From the NCBI RefSeq assembly GCF_009834535.1, contig NC_045707.1, forward strand, positions 52,578,001-52,642,000: 64,000 nt of DNA. The letters are read 5' to 3'. Positions 1-10,819 of the stretch are shown here, piece by piece. Below the pieces are notes generated by a model. The model was given only the letters and a program-made list of their open reading frames with translations. It made no database searches and had not been told where the DNA came from. The DNA is from Camelus ferus. Taxonomy: Eukaryota. The stretch's first letter is position 1; the number at the start of each line of letters is the position of its first letter. The position numbers and the translations under genes were made by a program.

Positions 1-177
1 GTTAGAAAGCGGAGAAGGCTGATTAAACAGAAGAAGCGAAGGTCTCCTTGTAAGCTCCAAGATGAGCGGAAAGGCAGGCCACGCCGGGAGCGTGTGGGGT
101 CGGCTCGCGCAGGGGGCACTCCAAGAGTGACCGGCCCTTTCTCCCTCAATTAAACAAGATCACACACAGCCGCGTGC

Positions 178-181
<4 letters not shown>

Positions 182-221
<40 letters not shown>
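182..221. repeat. (GT)n microsatellite, about 20 units
   Basis: Uninterrupted GT run preceded by (GCGT) variants. Confidence 0.97.
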
Positions 222-223
<2 letters not shown>

Positions 224-1034
224 ATATCACAGTGGTTCTGAGAGGAGGAGTAAACGAGAAGAAAACCTGCATCTCTAATGATAGGATATTGGTGAGAAAA
301 TTATAGCACAGTCATATAATAGAGTAATAGGCAGCTACTCAAATGAACTTCCCATAATCTATTTATTGACATGAAAAGAGGTTGATTGCACATTTTGCTG
401 GGGAAAAAATTGAGTTATAGCTCTGTGGCACAAAACTATTTTTAAATGAATTGTGACTTCAAGAATATGAAAACGTCTAAACAGCGTACACCACATCCAC
501 AGCAGCCCGGGGATAGATTTTTTTTTTCCCCCTCCATTTGGCTCATCTGTATCCTCTCTTTCCTTCTCTCACTTTCTTCAGTAAGCAAATGTAACTTTTG
601 CAAAATAAAAATAAGTTAACATATTTTTCAAATAGAACACATGCATTTAAATGAGCATTATCTTTTATTGTCACGTTGGGAAACTATAAAAACCTAGTGA
701 CTTGGTGTAAAACTGCTTCTGTGCCTCTTCAGTAGAATCATATTCTATACTGAAAAAGAATCTGTTTGCATCAATCTTGCCAAGACGGCATCTTTAGTAT
801 TTCTTATTTCCTGTGTTTTCTTGCAAGAAGACCTCAACCCCCAGAGTAACCTGTCCTTAAGGCTAAAAAGGACTTAAAACATCTCTGTGATCTGATTGAG
901 GATGATAAGCTGCAGTGATGAAGCTGTCAATAAGATGCCTTTGATGAAATCTACATATATGTTCACGGTTGTTTATTTTCCCATAACTGTGAGTGTACGG
1001 CTGTGATGACTTTGTTAAATTAACATTTGCTAAG

Positions 1035-1300
1035 TGGAGCCCTGGGGTGCTGGACGCTGAGCCACAGCTCACCAGGAGCTCACTGAAATAGGGAGTGAAG
1101 GAGAGAAGTTGATTCCTCACAGGTCCTGTGGGGGGACTGGATACCCCTCAAGGGACCACCCGGGGAGGTCCAGGAAGGTGCAGACAGAGAGGAAGGACCG
1201 GGGCACAAGCCTTACTGGGGTCCAGGGGTGGAGCGTAGTTCCGGGGCTGGACAGGCCCCACCCTTCACCAGGGATCACAGACAGGCACCCGGGGATTTCG
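1035..1300 (-). mobile_element. Degraded ERVL-class LTR fragment (MER74/LTR53-like)
   Basis: The motif gaagttgattcctcacaggtcc and the following layout parallel the better-preserved copy at 20340-20665. Confidence 0.4.
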
Positions 1301-2399
1301 TTCCCCGTCTCCTCGGTGACTTTGCTTAACTCAATTCTGGTGCCAGTGTCAATTCATGCACCGGTGTTCCTGGGTGCAATTGAACACACTTGCACACACA
1401 CCCGCACACACGTTCAACTCATCCTTCAGTCCCCATGACTGTCTCCCTCTCTTCAGTCTGAAAGCCATTTCCCTCAGCGTCGAAGTAAGATCACAAAATA
1501 GTGAGACCCAGGGTTCTCCCATCACCCATCAGACTGCTGATCCCTGTGGGGCAGTCCTGCCTTTGCTATGCTTGCTCCTAATACAGTTCTTTAATTCTTG
1601 TTTGAGTCGTGGGTTTGGAGGGTCACTGCAGAAGGTTGTCCACTTCTGGGGTCTTAGTGGACACCCTTTCCTTCCGTTCCTTTCCATCCCTTTCCTCCTC
1701 CTCTGATGCTCTTCTGGGCAACGTTACAGCCCCCTTCCGTTATAGCCTGGGTCCTTCTGCACAGCACTGGTCCCCTCACCAAATGTCTGCCTTGAACTGG
1801 TCACAGGGCTCTGACTCCAACCCTCGCCCTCGCTCTGTACCTGACACCCCAGCCGCCTCTTCCCTCTAAACCTTTGACATGCAAATGCATCATCTTTTTT
1901 ATGACATCACGTGAGCCCCTCTTCTGTGGCCTCTTTTGTTGCACGTGGTTTTCCCTGCCACGTGAACTTCTCAAATAAAATAGGACGACCCTTCCACAGT
2001 TCAGGTGACACTGTTCTTCTTGAATAAATATTGGTAATGAAGCAAAACTGACATCACTGTGTAGCCCCTTTTCTTCCACTACATTTGTTGTTTTAGACTG
2101 CTCCTCTGCGTCAGCACCGGAGCCAGACGAGAGCTGGGGAGCACGACAGAGAATAAGAACCAGGAGGTTCGCTGATTACGGCCATGTTTGCATTCTCACT
2201 GTCAATTTTATTTGAACTGAATTCTCCTAAACTTAATGCAATTCTTAAAGTTTCTTAATAAGAAACAGCATGCATGAATTTTTTAAAAGTGTGAGCATAG
2301 GAAACTTGCATTTCCAACAGGAGATTCAATTAATTGAGCAAGACACTTAGAAAAATCCCTGAAACATAAGTAGCCAATGAATTCTAGTACTTACGATAA

Positions 2400-2966
2400 T
2401 TTGTTTTCGTACTTCTCTAGCATTTTCACATCATGACTTTATTTCCATGTGAATTTGAGGATTAACTTGTACAAAAAAGTCCTTAACAGTATTATGATTA
2501 GGATGAAATGAGTCTATAGATTAATTTGGGAAGATAACAATTTTATAATACTTAGTTTTCCAATCTACAAAGATGGATTTTTCTCTCCATTTATTCAGTT
2601 TTTTTTAAAATAATGTTTTAGAGGTTTCTTTATAGAAAAAAACCTTATATTTGCTAATTGATTCTGGTTTATTAAAATGTAGTTACTAGTTGTATATTGA
2701 CCTTGTAGCCAGTGTTCTTGCTTAATTCATGTGTTAATTCTAATAGTTTACCTATGAATTTTTTGGAATTACTATATATGCACAGACATTTGGTCTGTAA
2801 AATAATGACAGCTATGTATTTTTTCTTATAAGTGTCCTTCCTTTTTCTTGTCTTATTACACTGGCTATGGCTGTTGGTGCATTGATGGGGAGCTCCTATG
2901 ATGTCAGCCAATATTATTTTACTCCTCAGCTCAAAAGGAAATGTTTTAACAGGTTACCACGAAGTA
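2400..2966 (-). mobile_element. Old LINE-1 (L1M) ORF2 fragment, left of Tigger1
   Basis: Minus ORF 2672-2911 contains SKKFIGKLLELTHELSKNTGYKVNIQ, matching the L1 RT segment PK..KLLELI.EFSK.AGYKIN.Q seen in the young L1 of this window. Confidence 0.8.
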
Positions 2967-4198
2967 CAGGCAGACCTCGTTTTATTGTGCTTCACTTTAT
3001 TGCCCTTTGCAGATATTGCTTTTTTTTTTTTTTTTTAACAAATTGAAGGTTTGTGGCAATACTGTGGCAAGTTTATCAGCACCATTTTTCCATTTTTCAT
3101 TATTGCTCATTGTCAGGGCACCTGGTCCCCCGAGAGCTCTGAGGCGGATGGACAAGGAGGTCCATGTTGTTCTCATGCTGGTGACACAGCATCCACTCTA
3201 CAGCCCACGGACCCAGGAGTCATTTCGACTTTCAAGTCTCATTATTTAAGGAGAACATTTCCCAAGGCTGTGGCTGCCGCAGGTGTGGATTCCCCTGATG
3301 GATGTGGGCAGAGTCCACTGAAAACCTTCTGGGAAGAGTCACCATTCTAGGTCCCATTTAAGAACACTCCTGATTCATGGGAAGAGATCAAAATACTCAC
3401 ATTCACAGGAGCTTGGACGAAGTTGACTCCAACTCTCCTGGATGACTTTGAGGGGTTCGAGACTTCCATGGAGGAAGCCACTGCAGACGTGGTGGAAACA
3501 GCAAGAGAACTGGAATTAGGCATGGAGCCTGAAGACGGGACTGAGCTGCTGCGTTTCAGGATGAAACCTGAACAGACGAGGAGCTGCTGCTTATGGATGA
3601 GCAAAGAAAGCGGTTTCTTGAAATGGAATCTCCTCCTGGTGGAGATGCTGGGAAGGTTATTGAAATGCCAACAAAGAATTTAGAATATTCCATAAACTTT
3701 GTTCATAAAGCACTGGCAGAGTTTGAGAGGAGTGATTCCAAGTTTTGTGGGAAAAACAGCAGCAAACAGCACTGCATGCTGCAGAGAAATCCCTCGGGAA
3801 AGGAAGAGCTGATCAATGTGGTCTGACTTTGAGTAATTTCCACAGCTTCCCCAGCCTTCAGCAACCCCCACCCTGACCAGTTAGCAGCCGTCAACGTGGA
3901 GGCTGGACCCTTTAACAGCAAAAAGATTGTGGCTCACTGAAGGCTCAGATGATGGTTAATGTTTTTAGCAATGAAGTATTTTTTAATTAAGGTACATACT
4001 TCGGATTTTTTTAGGCATGATGGTATTTAGGCACACTTACTAGACTACCAGATAGTGTAACTGTAACTTTTACATGCCCTGGGAAACCAAAAACTGTGTG
4101 CGACTCACTTCATTGTGATATTTGCTTTGTTGTGGCACTATATTCATAAGCCACTAGCAAGACTAATACCAAACCCGCAGCATCTCCCAGCATCTGTG
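2967..4198 (+). mobile_element. Tigger1 DNA transposon (TcMar-Tigger/pogo), internally deleted
   Basis: TA followed by CAGGCAGACCTCGTTTTATTG at the 5' end. The 3' end reads GGGAAACCAAAAACT...AAACCCGCAGCATCTCC. Transposase C-terminal remnants lie between. Confidence 0.93.
3098..3830 (+). pseudogene. Tigger1 transposase remnant (DDE domain C-terminal half), frameshifted
   Basis: Consecutive frames give LLLIVRAPGPPRAL, TASTLQPTDPGVISTFKSHYLRRTF, PTLLDDFEGFETSMEEATADVVETARELELGMEPED and MDEQRKRFLEMESPPG, colinear with Tigger1/TIGD1-type transposase. Confidence 0.9.
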
Positions 4199-4199
4199 G

Positions 4200-5900
4200 T
4201 GCTCATTTCTGCACGCACCCTTTGTGAAGCTAAATTCTCTGTCAAAATTGTTTTTCTGCATTTATTGTGCTGATTCATTGTACGTTATACACACACACCT
4301 GCACGTACATATATTTATAGTGTTAGTGAGTGACGAATTGTATTTGTGGGTTTCTAATCTTGTTCTCAAGGAATACATCCGTCTTGTTTGTGGTGTGTTA
4401 TTCCTTTTCCTGTTACAATGCGTTCCGCTCGTTAACACTTTCTTCAGAGCATTTCTGTGTGCTTTTTCAAAGAGTCCACCTGGATTTAGACATTCTTCAC
4501 ATTCTGAGCATGTCCTTTTCAGAAGTTGTTACCAAGGCTATGCCGAGTCCATAATAAGTTGAGAAATAAACCCCTGTTTCTTTTTTCTAGATGAAACTGG
4601 ATAATAATCAGTATTATGTCTCCCTAAAGCACATGGCACAATTCGCCAGTAAAACCAGCTGAGTTTATAACTTATTTGTGGGCATGACTTAAACTACAGA
4701 CTCAATTTTTTTAAAATAGATGCGGCACCTTTCTGATTTCAATAAATTATGTTACTTTAAGAATCTATTTTATTTAAAATGTTACTAAATCGAAAAGAGG
4801 GAGCTCTTCGTAACATCGTTTTGTTGTATCTCAAGGTTTATATAGTATCTCCCTTTTTATTCCTGACATTGGTAATCTTGGATTCTTCTCTTTAATTCTT
4901 GGTCAGTCTTACTAGTGGCTTATCAATTTTATTGGACTCTGTAAATAACTGAGTTTTGCTGTTTGTGATCATATATTTTTTCTTTAGTTATACTTTGATC
5001 TATCTTATCTTTATTATTTCCTCCCTTCTACTGTCTTTGGCTTGAATATGTGCTACTTTTGGCCGTGTTGTTGTGTTTTTTTTGGCTTCTTGAGATGTAA
5101 GCGAGATCATTGATGGCCTTTCTTCTTTCCAGTGGATGCATTTTAGGGTCAAACTTTCCTCTCAAAACACAGCTTTAGCTCCCTGCATGAGTTGTGATAT
5201 ATAATTTTCATTACCATCTGCTTCACAATATTTCTACTTCTATTGTGATGTTTCCTTACCTGTGGATTATTTACAACTCTGTTTGTTTTGCAAAGCATGG
5301 GGATTTTCTTGTAAGTTTTTGTTACTCTTTTTTTTTTATTACAAATTTAGTTATTTTTGCTGTGGTTAGAGATTTTACTTTGTATGATAGAATCCTTTAA
5401 AATTTGATGAAGTTTGTTGTATGGCTCTGTGGACGGTCAATCTCAGTAAATGTTTCATGTGCAGTGAAAAAAAATGTGTGTTGTGTAGTCCTGGCGCACA
5501 GCCCTCCACGGGGACGTGTGAGGTCGGGTTGGTTAATGGTGCCCTTCAGATCTTTTATGTACGTATTGATTTTTCTCTCCGCTTCTTCTATTATATACTG
5601 AGATATGAGTTAAAGTTCCCATTATAATTGTGGATTTGTCTCTTTTTAGTCTGTGAACATTTGCTGAGTATATTTTGAAGCTCTATAATTAAGTGCCTGC
5701 AAATTCAGAATATTTTCGCCGTCCCGGTGATGTGATTATCTTATCATTATTCAATTTCTTTCTTTTTCTCTGGTAGTAACTCATTGCTCTGGTATTTACT
5801 TTATTTTGAATTAATTGTAGTCACATCAACTTTCTCTGGTCTTCCTTGTATTTTCAAACTTTCCTTATCCTAATTTCTTAAAGTAGCACTTTTTTTGTTT
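4200..5900 (-). mobile_element. Old LINE-1 (L1M) ORF2 fragment continuing right of Tigger1
   Basis: T-rich antisense L1 signature (gtcagtcttactagtggcttatcaattttattg; aagttcccattataattgtggatttgtc) running towards the endonuclease region. Confidence 0.75.
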
Positions 5901-6518
5901 GTTTGTTTGTTTTTAAATTTTGAAACTGATCAGACTCTTTGTCTTTGTGTTTCATTGAAGGATCACTTACATACAGGGTGAGTGTACAGACTTGCGAATT
6001 TTCGTAAATGGAACCCCCTGTGTGTCTCCTGCTCAGATGAAGACCCCGAGTGGAGCAGAGCCAGCCCTTCTGCCTTCCGAGCCCCTTCCAGACACTACCG
6101 CCCGAGGCACATGGTGTAAGGAAGACACTGCGGTGGTGTCCCCGCACCCCGCCCACACCCCAAGCTCTCGCTCTCACCAGGTGTTCTCACAGACCCTCCA
6201 TCCCCTCGGCACCAGGACACATCTGCTCTCCCAGAAAAACCCACTCTTCCTCTGCAGGTAGAGCCAAGCCCAGATGCTCAGCTTCCAGCCCCGTGGAAGG
6301 AAAGCCCACGACAGGAACATTGGGAGGAAGATGTCAAGTCACATGAAGCAGGAGGAGCCCCCGCTCCAGCACCATAGCTGCTCTGTCTGGGGAGGGGAGA
6401 GAAGAGGGTCCTGAGAGGCAGGACCTGCACAAGTTCCAGGTGGAGGCAGGAGTCACGTCCAGAGATAATGCTTGTCTTCTGAGGCAAGTCAAACCCTAGA
6501 ATTCCTCTTGCTTCTAGG

Positions 6519-7250
6519 TGCTGTAAAAGAATAGAGGAATGTATACAGTCTTTGCCTCTGGTTCCTGACTCAGAACTCCTAAATCTCCTGGAATTTCCTG
6601 GGTGAGAGAGTGTCCTCTGTTCTAATGAGGAGACTCATTGAGGGGAGGGGAGTCCTGGATGACGATGATCACTGGGAAGACCAAACCAGGGTTGGAAGTT
6701 TGGGATTTTCAGCCCTTCCCCACTGGTATCCTCCAGAGAGTGGAGAGGGGCCAGAAATGGAGCTGATCATGGATTGCTCCTAGTGATGTAACCTCCACGA
6801 GAATCCCAGTGGTGGGGGGTCTAGAGAGCTTCCAGGTAGGGGAACACACCCAGGTACTGAGAGGGTGGCGCACCCCACCTCCACCGAGACAGAAGCACCT
6901 GGGACTCTTCTGTGTGTCACCTGCTGTACCCTCATTTGACTGTTTTCTCACAACCTTTGTTATACCCTGTATAGTAAACCAGTACATGTAAGTAACTGTT
7001 TCCCTTTCCCTGAGCTCCCTGAGCCGTTTAAACAAATTATCGAACCCAAAGAGGGGGTCATGGGAACCCCAGTTTACAGCCAGTTGGTCAGAAGTACAGG
7101 TGACGACCTGGGACTTGGGACTGGCATCTGAGCATGTGTGGGCGGGGGCGGGCTGGTGGGACCCAGCCCCTAGCCCGCCTGATCTGACACTGTCTCCAGG
7201 TAGCCACTGCCGAGTGAAGGCAAAGGACAGGACTCCCAGCTGGTGTCCTT
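6519..7250 (+). mobile_element. MER21-like solo LTR (ERVL class)
   Basis: Colinear blocks ggttcctgactcagaactcctaaatctcctggaatttcctg, caaattatcgaacccaaagagggggtcatgggaacccc, cagaagtacaggtgacgacctgggacttg and gatctgacactgtctccaggtag match the recalled MER21 consensus. Confidence 0.85.
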
Positions 7251-7316
7251 GGCAGGAACAGGAGCCTGGCTTACAATTCTCTCTTACACTGATGTTTCCT
7301 CTCTTTACCTAGACAT

Positions 7317-7762
7317 TGTCACTCCCCGTCTGGTCCTACAAGGATGAAGTCACTGGCCACGCAGCCGCTGATCTCCGACACTCCCTGAAAGGAGCTCAGG
7401 GAGGAGGGCGGGAACAAGGCGCTCTGCTCTGGGAAAAACGGGCAGAACCGGCTCTCAGACAGTTCGATATTTTCTGGAGAGTTTATAAGCCCAATTTCTT
7501 ACATCTTCTTGTATCTAGAAAAGCACTAAAGCCTAATTAACCCTGCCATCTGCTCCGTGTGACCAGCAGGAAGCCTCTGTGGAAATGTGTGCTTCTCTGC
7601 AGGTGCCCGCTTTACTAAAACCTCGTGTGTACTGACCTTCCCACCTCGTGGGGGCGGTTGCCCAGAGCTCGCTGGGCCGCTGCCTCCGGGCCGTGGGCCT
7701 TATTCTGCCCCAGGTAACACGTGACTCTCAGCTCTCACCTTGTGCGTCTTTTTCAGTTGACA
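7317..7762 (+). mobile_element. Probable ERV1-type solo LTR
   Basis: TG...CA termini (tgtcac / ttgaca) and a U5-like end ctctcaccttgtgcgtctttttcagttgaca. No TSD seen. Confidence 0.5.
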
Positions 7763-7903
7763 TCTCCCTTATTGTCATTGTTCCTTCCTCTTCCTGCCTG
7801 TGCTTTGCTGACGCCTCTAGGAGGAGAGAACCATTTCCAACTCAGGGCACGAGACCCCTTCCATTTGTCCTCGTGGACACTTTGAACAATTTTTAAAATT
7901 CAA

Positions 7904-8001
7904 TTTTATTTATTTATTTTTTAGTCGAGGGACTGGGGATGGAACCCAGGACCTCGTGCATGCTAAGCACGTGCTCTACCCCTGAGCTATTACCCTCCCC
8001 C
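7904..8001 (-). mobile_element. tRNA-Ala(AGC)-derived SINE, camelid vic-1-like
   Basis: Minus strand reads GGGGGAGGGTAATAGCTCAGGGGTAGAGCACGTGCTTAGCATGCACGAGGTCCTGGGTTCCATCCCCAGT plus an (AAAT)n tail, with A box, AGC anticodon arm and a degenerate B box. Confidence 0.88.
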
Positions 8002-10409
8002 AATATTAAGACTTCAATCACATTATTGTATTTATATACAATATACAATATACATACAATTCACAGTTTTAGCAAAGTGAATGGCTGGAAAGTTACCATG
8101 TGGCTCAGGGCGATGATGAATGCACAAAAGATGTGCTATGTTGACTGATTAATTAATTTAGAGAAGGTTGACAGCCTCTCTGGATAAATGACATTTACAA
8201 TGAACTCTTCAAATTGTTTTTAGTGACTGAAGATGAGACTTTGGTCTTTTCCCACCCTTTGAAGAAGGAGCCATCTTTGTGCTTCAGGTTTACAAAATTC
8301 TCCAAAAGCCGAGTGACAAGGGGAGGGAGTGTAGAGGCAGAGCTTGCCCCGCTTTCCGCTTTCCGCAGGATCGTGCTCCCATCAAGTACAGCCAGTTACC
8401 GAATTTCCTTAGGCTGCTTGCGCGTGCAAAGGCATTTGAAACTTTAAGACACAGCCAGAGTGCAGAAATGACAAACAGCACACACTTCCAATCTGTGTAT
8501 CTCCAAACCTGCAATTGCTACATTTCAGTAACTTTGCGATGCATTTGCAATTTATTCTAAAATGTGCCAACTGTGATTTACTTGGAGCTGCGGAGAGACA
8601 CAGAAGATGTGCTAGTTCAGGCTTGGAACCACTGAGCAGGAAGGTCTGCAGCGGGGCGGCCGACTTGCTTTAACTCCATAGCAGGGGGCATCAAGCAGTG
8701 GTAATCCCTCTGTGGGCACTGTCAGCTCTTAGGTATCGTTTTGATGGTTGACATAACAAAGCTAGCCATTTTTCTCCTTTGAGCATGGAAAGTTGAATTT
8801 TTTTTAATTGAAGTATAGTCAGTTAAATGGGAGAATATATATATATATATTTTAATTAATACAATCAGTAAGTTTAATTTCAGCTCTAAGCCTTAATAAT
8901 AAATTTAAATCAAATTCTGAGTTTTGTGGAAACATTTCCTAGCTAAGATCTTTCTATTCATATGTGTATAAATATACAAAACTCATCTTGGTGTTTAAAA
9001 CAGCTTTTTCCCTTGCTAATCTTACTGGTCTAAAACCTTTCTAACATGCTGGGAATATTATCTGCCTGAGGGAAAACACTGAAACCATCTGTAATTCGTA
9101 GATCCTATTGTGAAAAGGAAATAGCAAACGAGGCATTTTCAGGCTGTGGCAGATTTAAAAATTCGGTATGAGCTATAAAGCAAGGGTTTGGGAGAAAATG
9201 TCTCAACATTATGAGTCTATTTCCAGATTTTTTTTTTTTCTGAGAAGAAAATTTCCACTAAAGATGGGAAATGTAATACAGAAACACAATATGAAAGTAT
9301 GTGGCTTCCTGAGAAGGTCAAATTTTACATTTAGCTTCATCAGAATGAGTCTCATTTTCATATTTTATACACTGCATCTCAAACACTAATCAGATGTTAG
9401 CACTAGCCATGTCATCAGAACAATTTTTTAGGGATCCAGCCACTGTGCTTTAGAAAACAAATGTCACTTTCCCCAACGCCTGACTCGTTGTCCGTGTGTA
9501 CACGGGGGCCCATGGGGGCCTCCATGCCCGCCTGGTGGGCACAGAGCTCAGACGTGTTGTCTGGTAGAGAGAAGCCCCGCTCGTCATCCTGGGAGGACCT
9601 GGCAATGCGGGGAGCTGGGATCTGAAGGGATGTTCTGATGCAGCTTCCCAGCCCCAGGATGAGCCCCGATGATGGTGCAGAGATGCTGCCACAGGCTGGT
9701 CTGCACTGGGTGTGCGCGATCTGCTGCTGAAACCCAGAGCTCCACTCTGGCAGTCCCTCTATTCCTGCGTTTTCCCCAGACTAGTTCATTTTAGAACCAA
9801 ATATTAGTATAAATAGTGACACTGAAATAACCCAGAGCATGTTCTGAAGACCTTGATTTTGTCCTTAAAGCCTCTGCCGTGGACATTAATGTGTGGTCAC
9901 GTGTGAGCTGATGTGCAGGAGGCAGGATGCTCTCTTACTGTGGCATTAAACACAGAGGTGCCCACTAATAATCTGTCTTTCTCTTATTGGCCCTTCCTCA
10001 CTGCACAATAAGTCCTCCTTTTCAGCACCAGTGTGCACCCAGTCCCAAGTAAAACCAAGCCCGTGAGGCAGCATGTGGTCTTGGGTGCCCTGACCCCATG
10101 CGAGCCGTGTGCAAGCTACTCAGCAGCACCAGACACGACTGGTGAGAGCTGCGGAAATTACTCATTAGAGTCCCCGAAACACGAAACACATGAGGGGGAC
10201 TGGGACTGAACAGCCGTCCTGGAGGCCTGCAGAGGGTAGAAAAAGTGGTAACTCCTTCCGCAGGGTTTTGTTACTTTGTAGGGTGTGGAACTACGACTGT
10301 ATTTCTTTTATTGTTTGCAGATTAACTGTAGCACATAGTCCATAACTGCATCCAAACAAGATGGATTATTCTACCAACTGAAAGGCATCAAGATTTACGA
10401 ATCCTTATA

Positions 10410-10488
10410 CAGTTGACCCTTGAACTACATGGGTTGGAACTGCGTGGGTCCACATGAATTTTTAAAAATAAATATATTGGAATTTGTG
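10410..10488 (+). mobile_element. Tigger2 5' end, interrupted by the L1
   Basis: TA then CAGTTGACCCTTGAACTACATGGGTTGGAACTGCGTGGGTCCAC, the Tigger2 terminal inverted repeat region. Confidence 0.88.
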
Positions 10489-10784
10489 GGGTTTTTTTTT
10501 TAACATTTTATTATTGAGTTATAGTCATTTTACAATGTTGTGTCAAATTCCAGTGTTCAGCACAATTTTTCAGTTATACACGAACATACACATATTCATC
10601 GTCACATTTTTTTCGCTGTGAGCTACCATGAGATCTTGTGTATATTTCCCTGTGCTATACAGTATAATCTTGTTTATCTATTCTACATTTTGAAATCCCA
10701 ATCTATCCCTTCCCACCCCCTGCCCCCATGGCAACCACAAGTTTGTATTCTATGTCTATGAGTCTGTTTCTGTTTTGTATTTCT

Positions 10785-10814
<30 letters not shown>

Positions 10815-10819
<5 letters not shown>

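Noticed and set aside
104..120. CTCF-like motifs (GCAGGGGGCACT here, also near 8680 and 19878)
   Set aside because: Mismatches at the conserved 5' CC positions, so they cannot be supported without ChIP data.
3007..3830. Domesticated TIGD1-like gene
   Set aside because: N-terminal half missing and at least three frame breaks.
7925..8001. Functional tRNA-Ala gene
   Set aside because: Acceptor stem does not pair properly, the B box is altered and an AAAT tail follows, which fits a SINE.
8797..8850. Tiny L1 3'-end-like piece (tttaattgaagtatagtcagtt) plus (AT)n
   Set aside because: Too short to call and no TSD seen.
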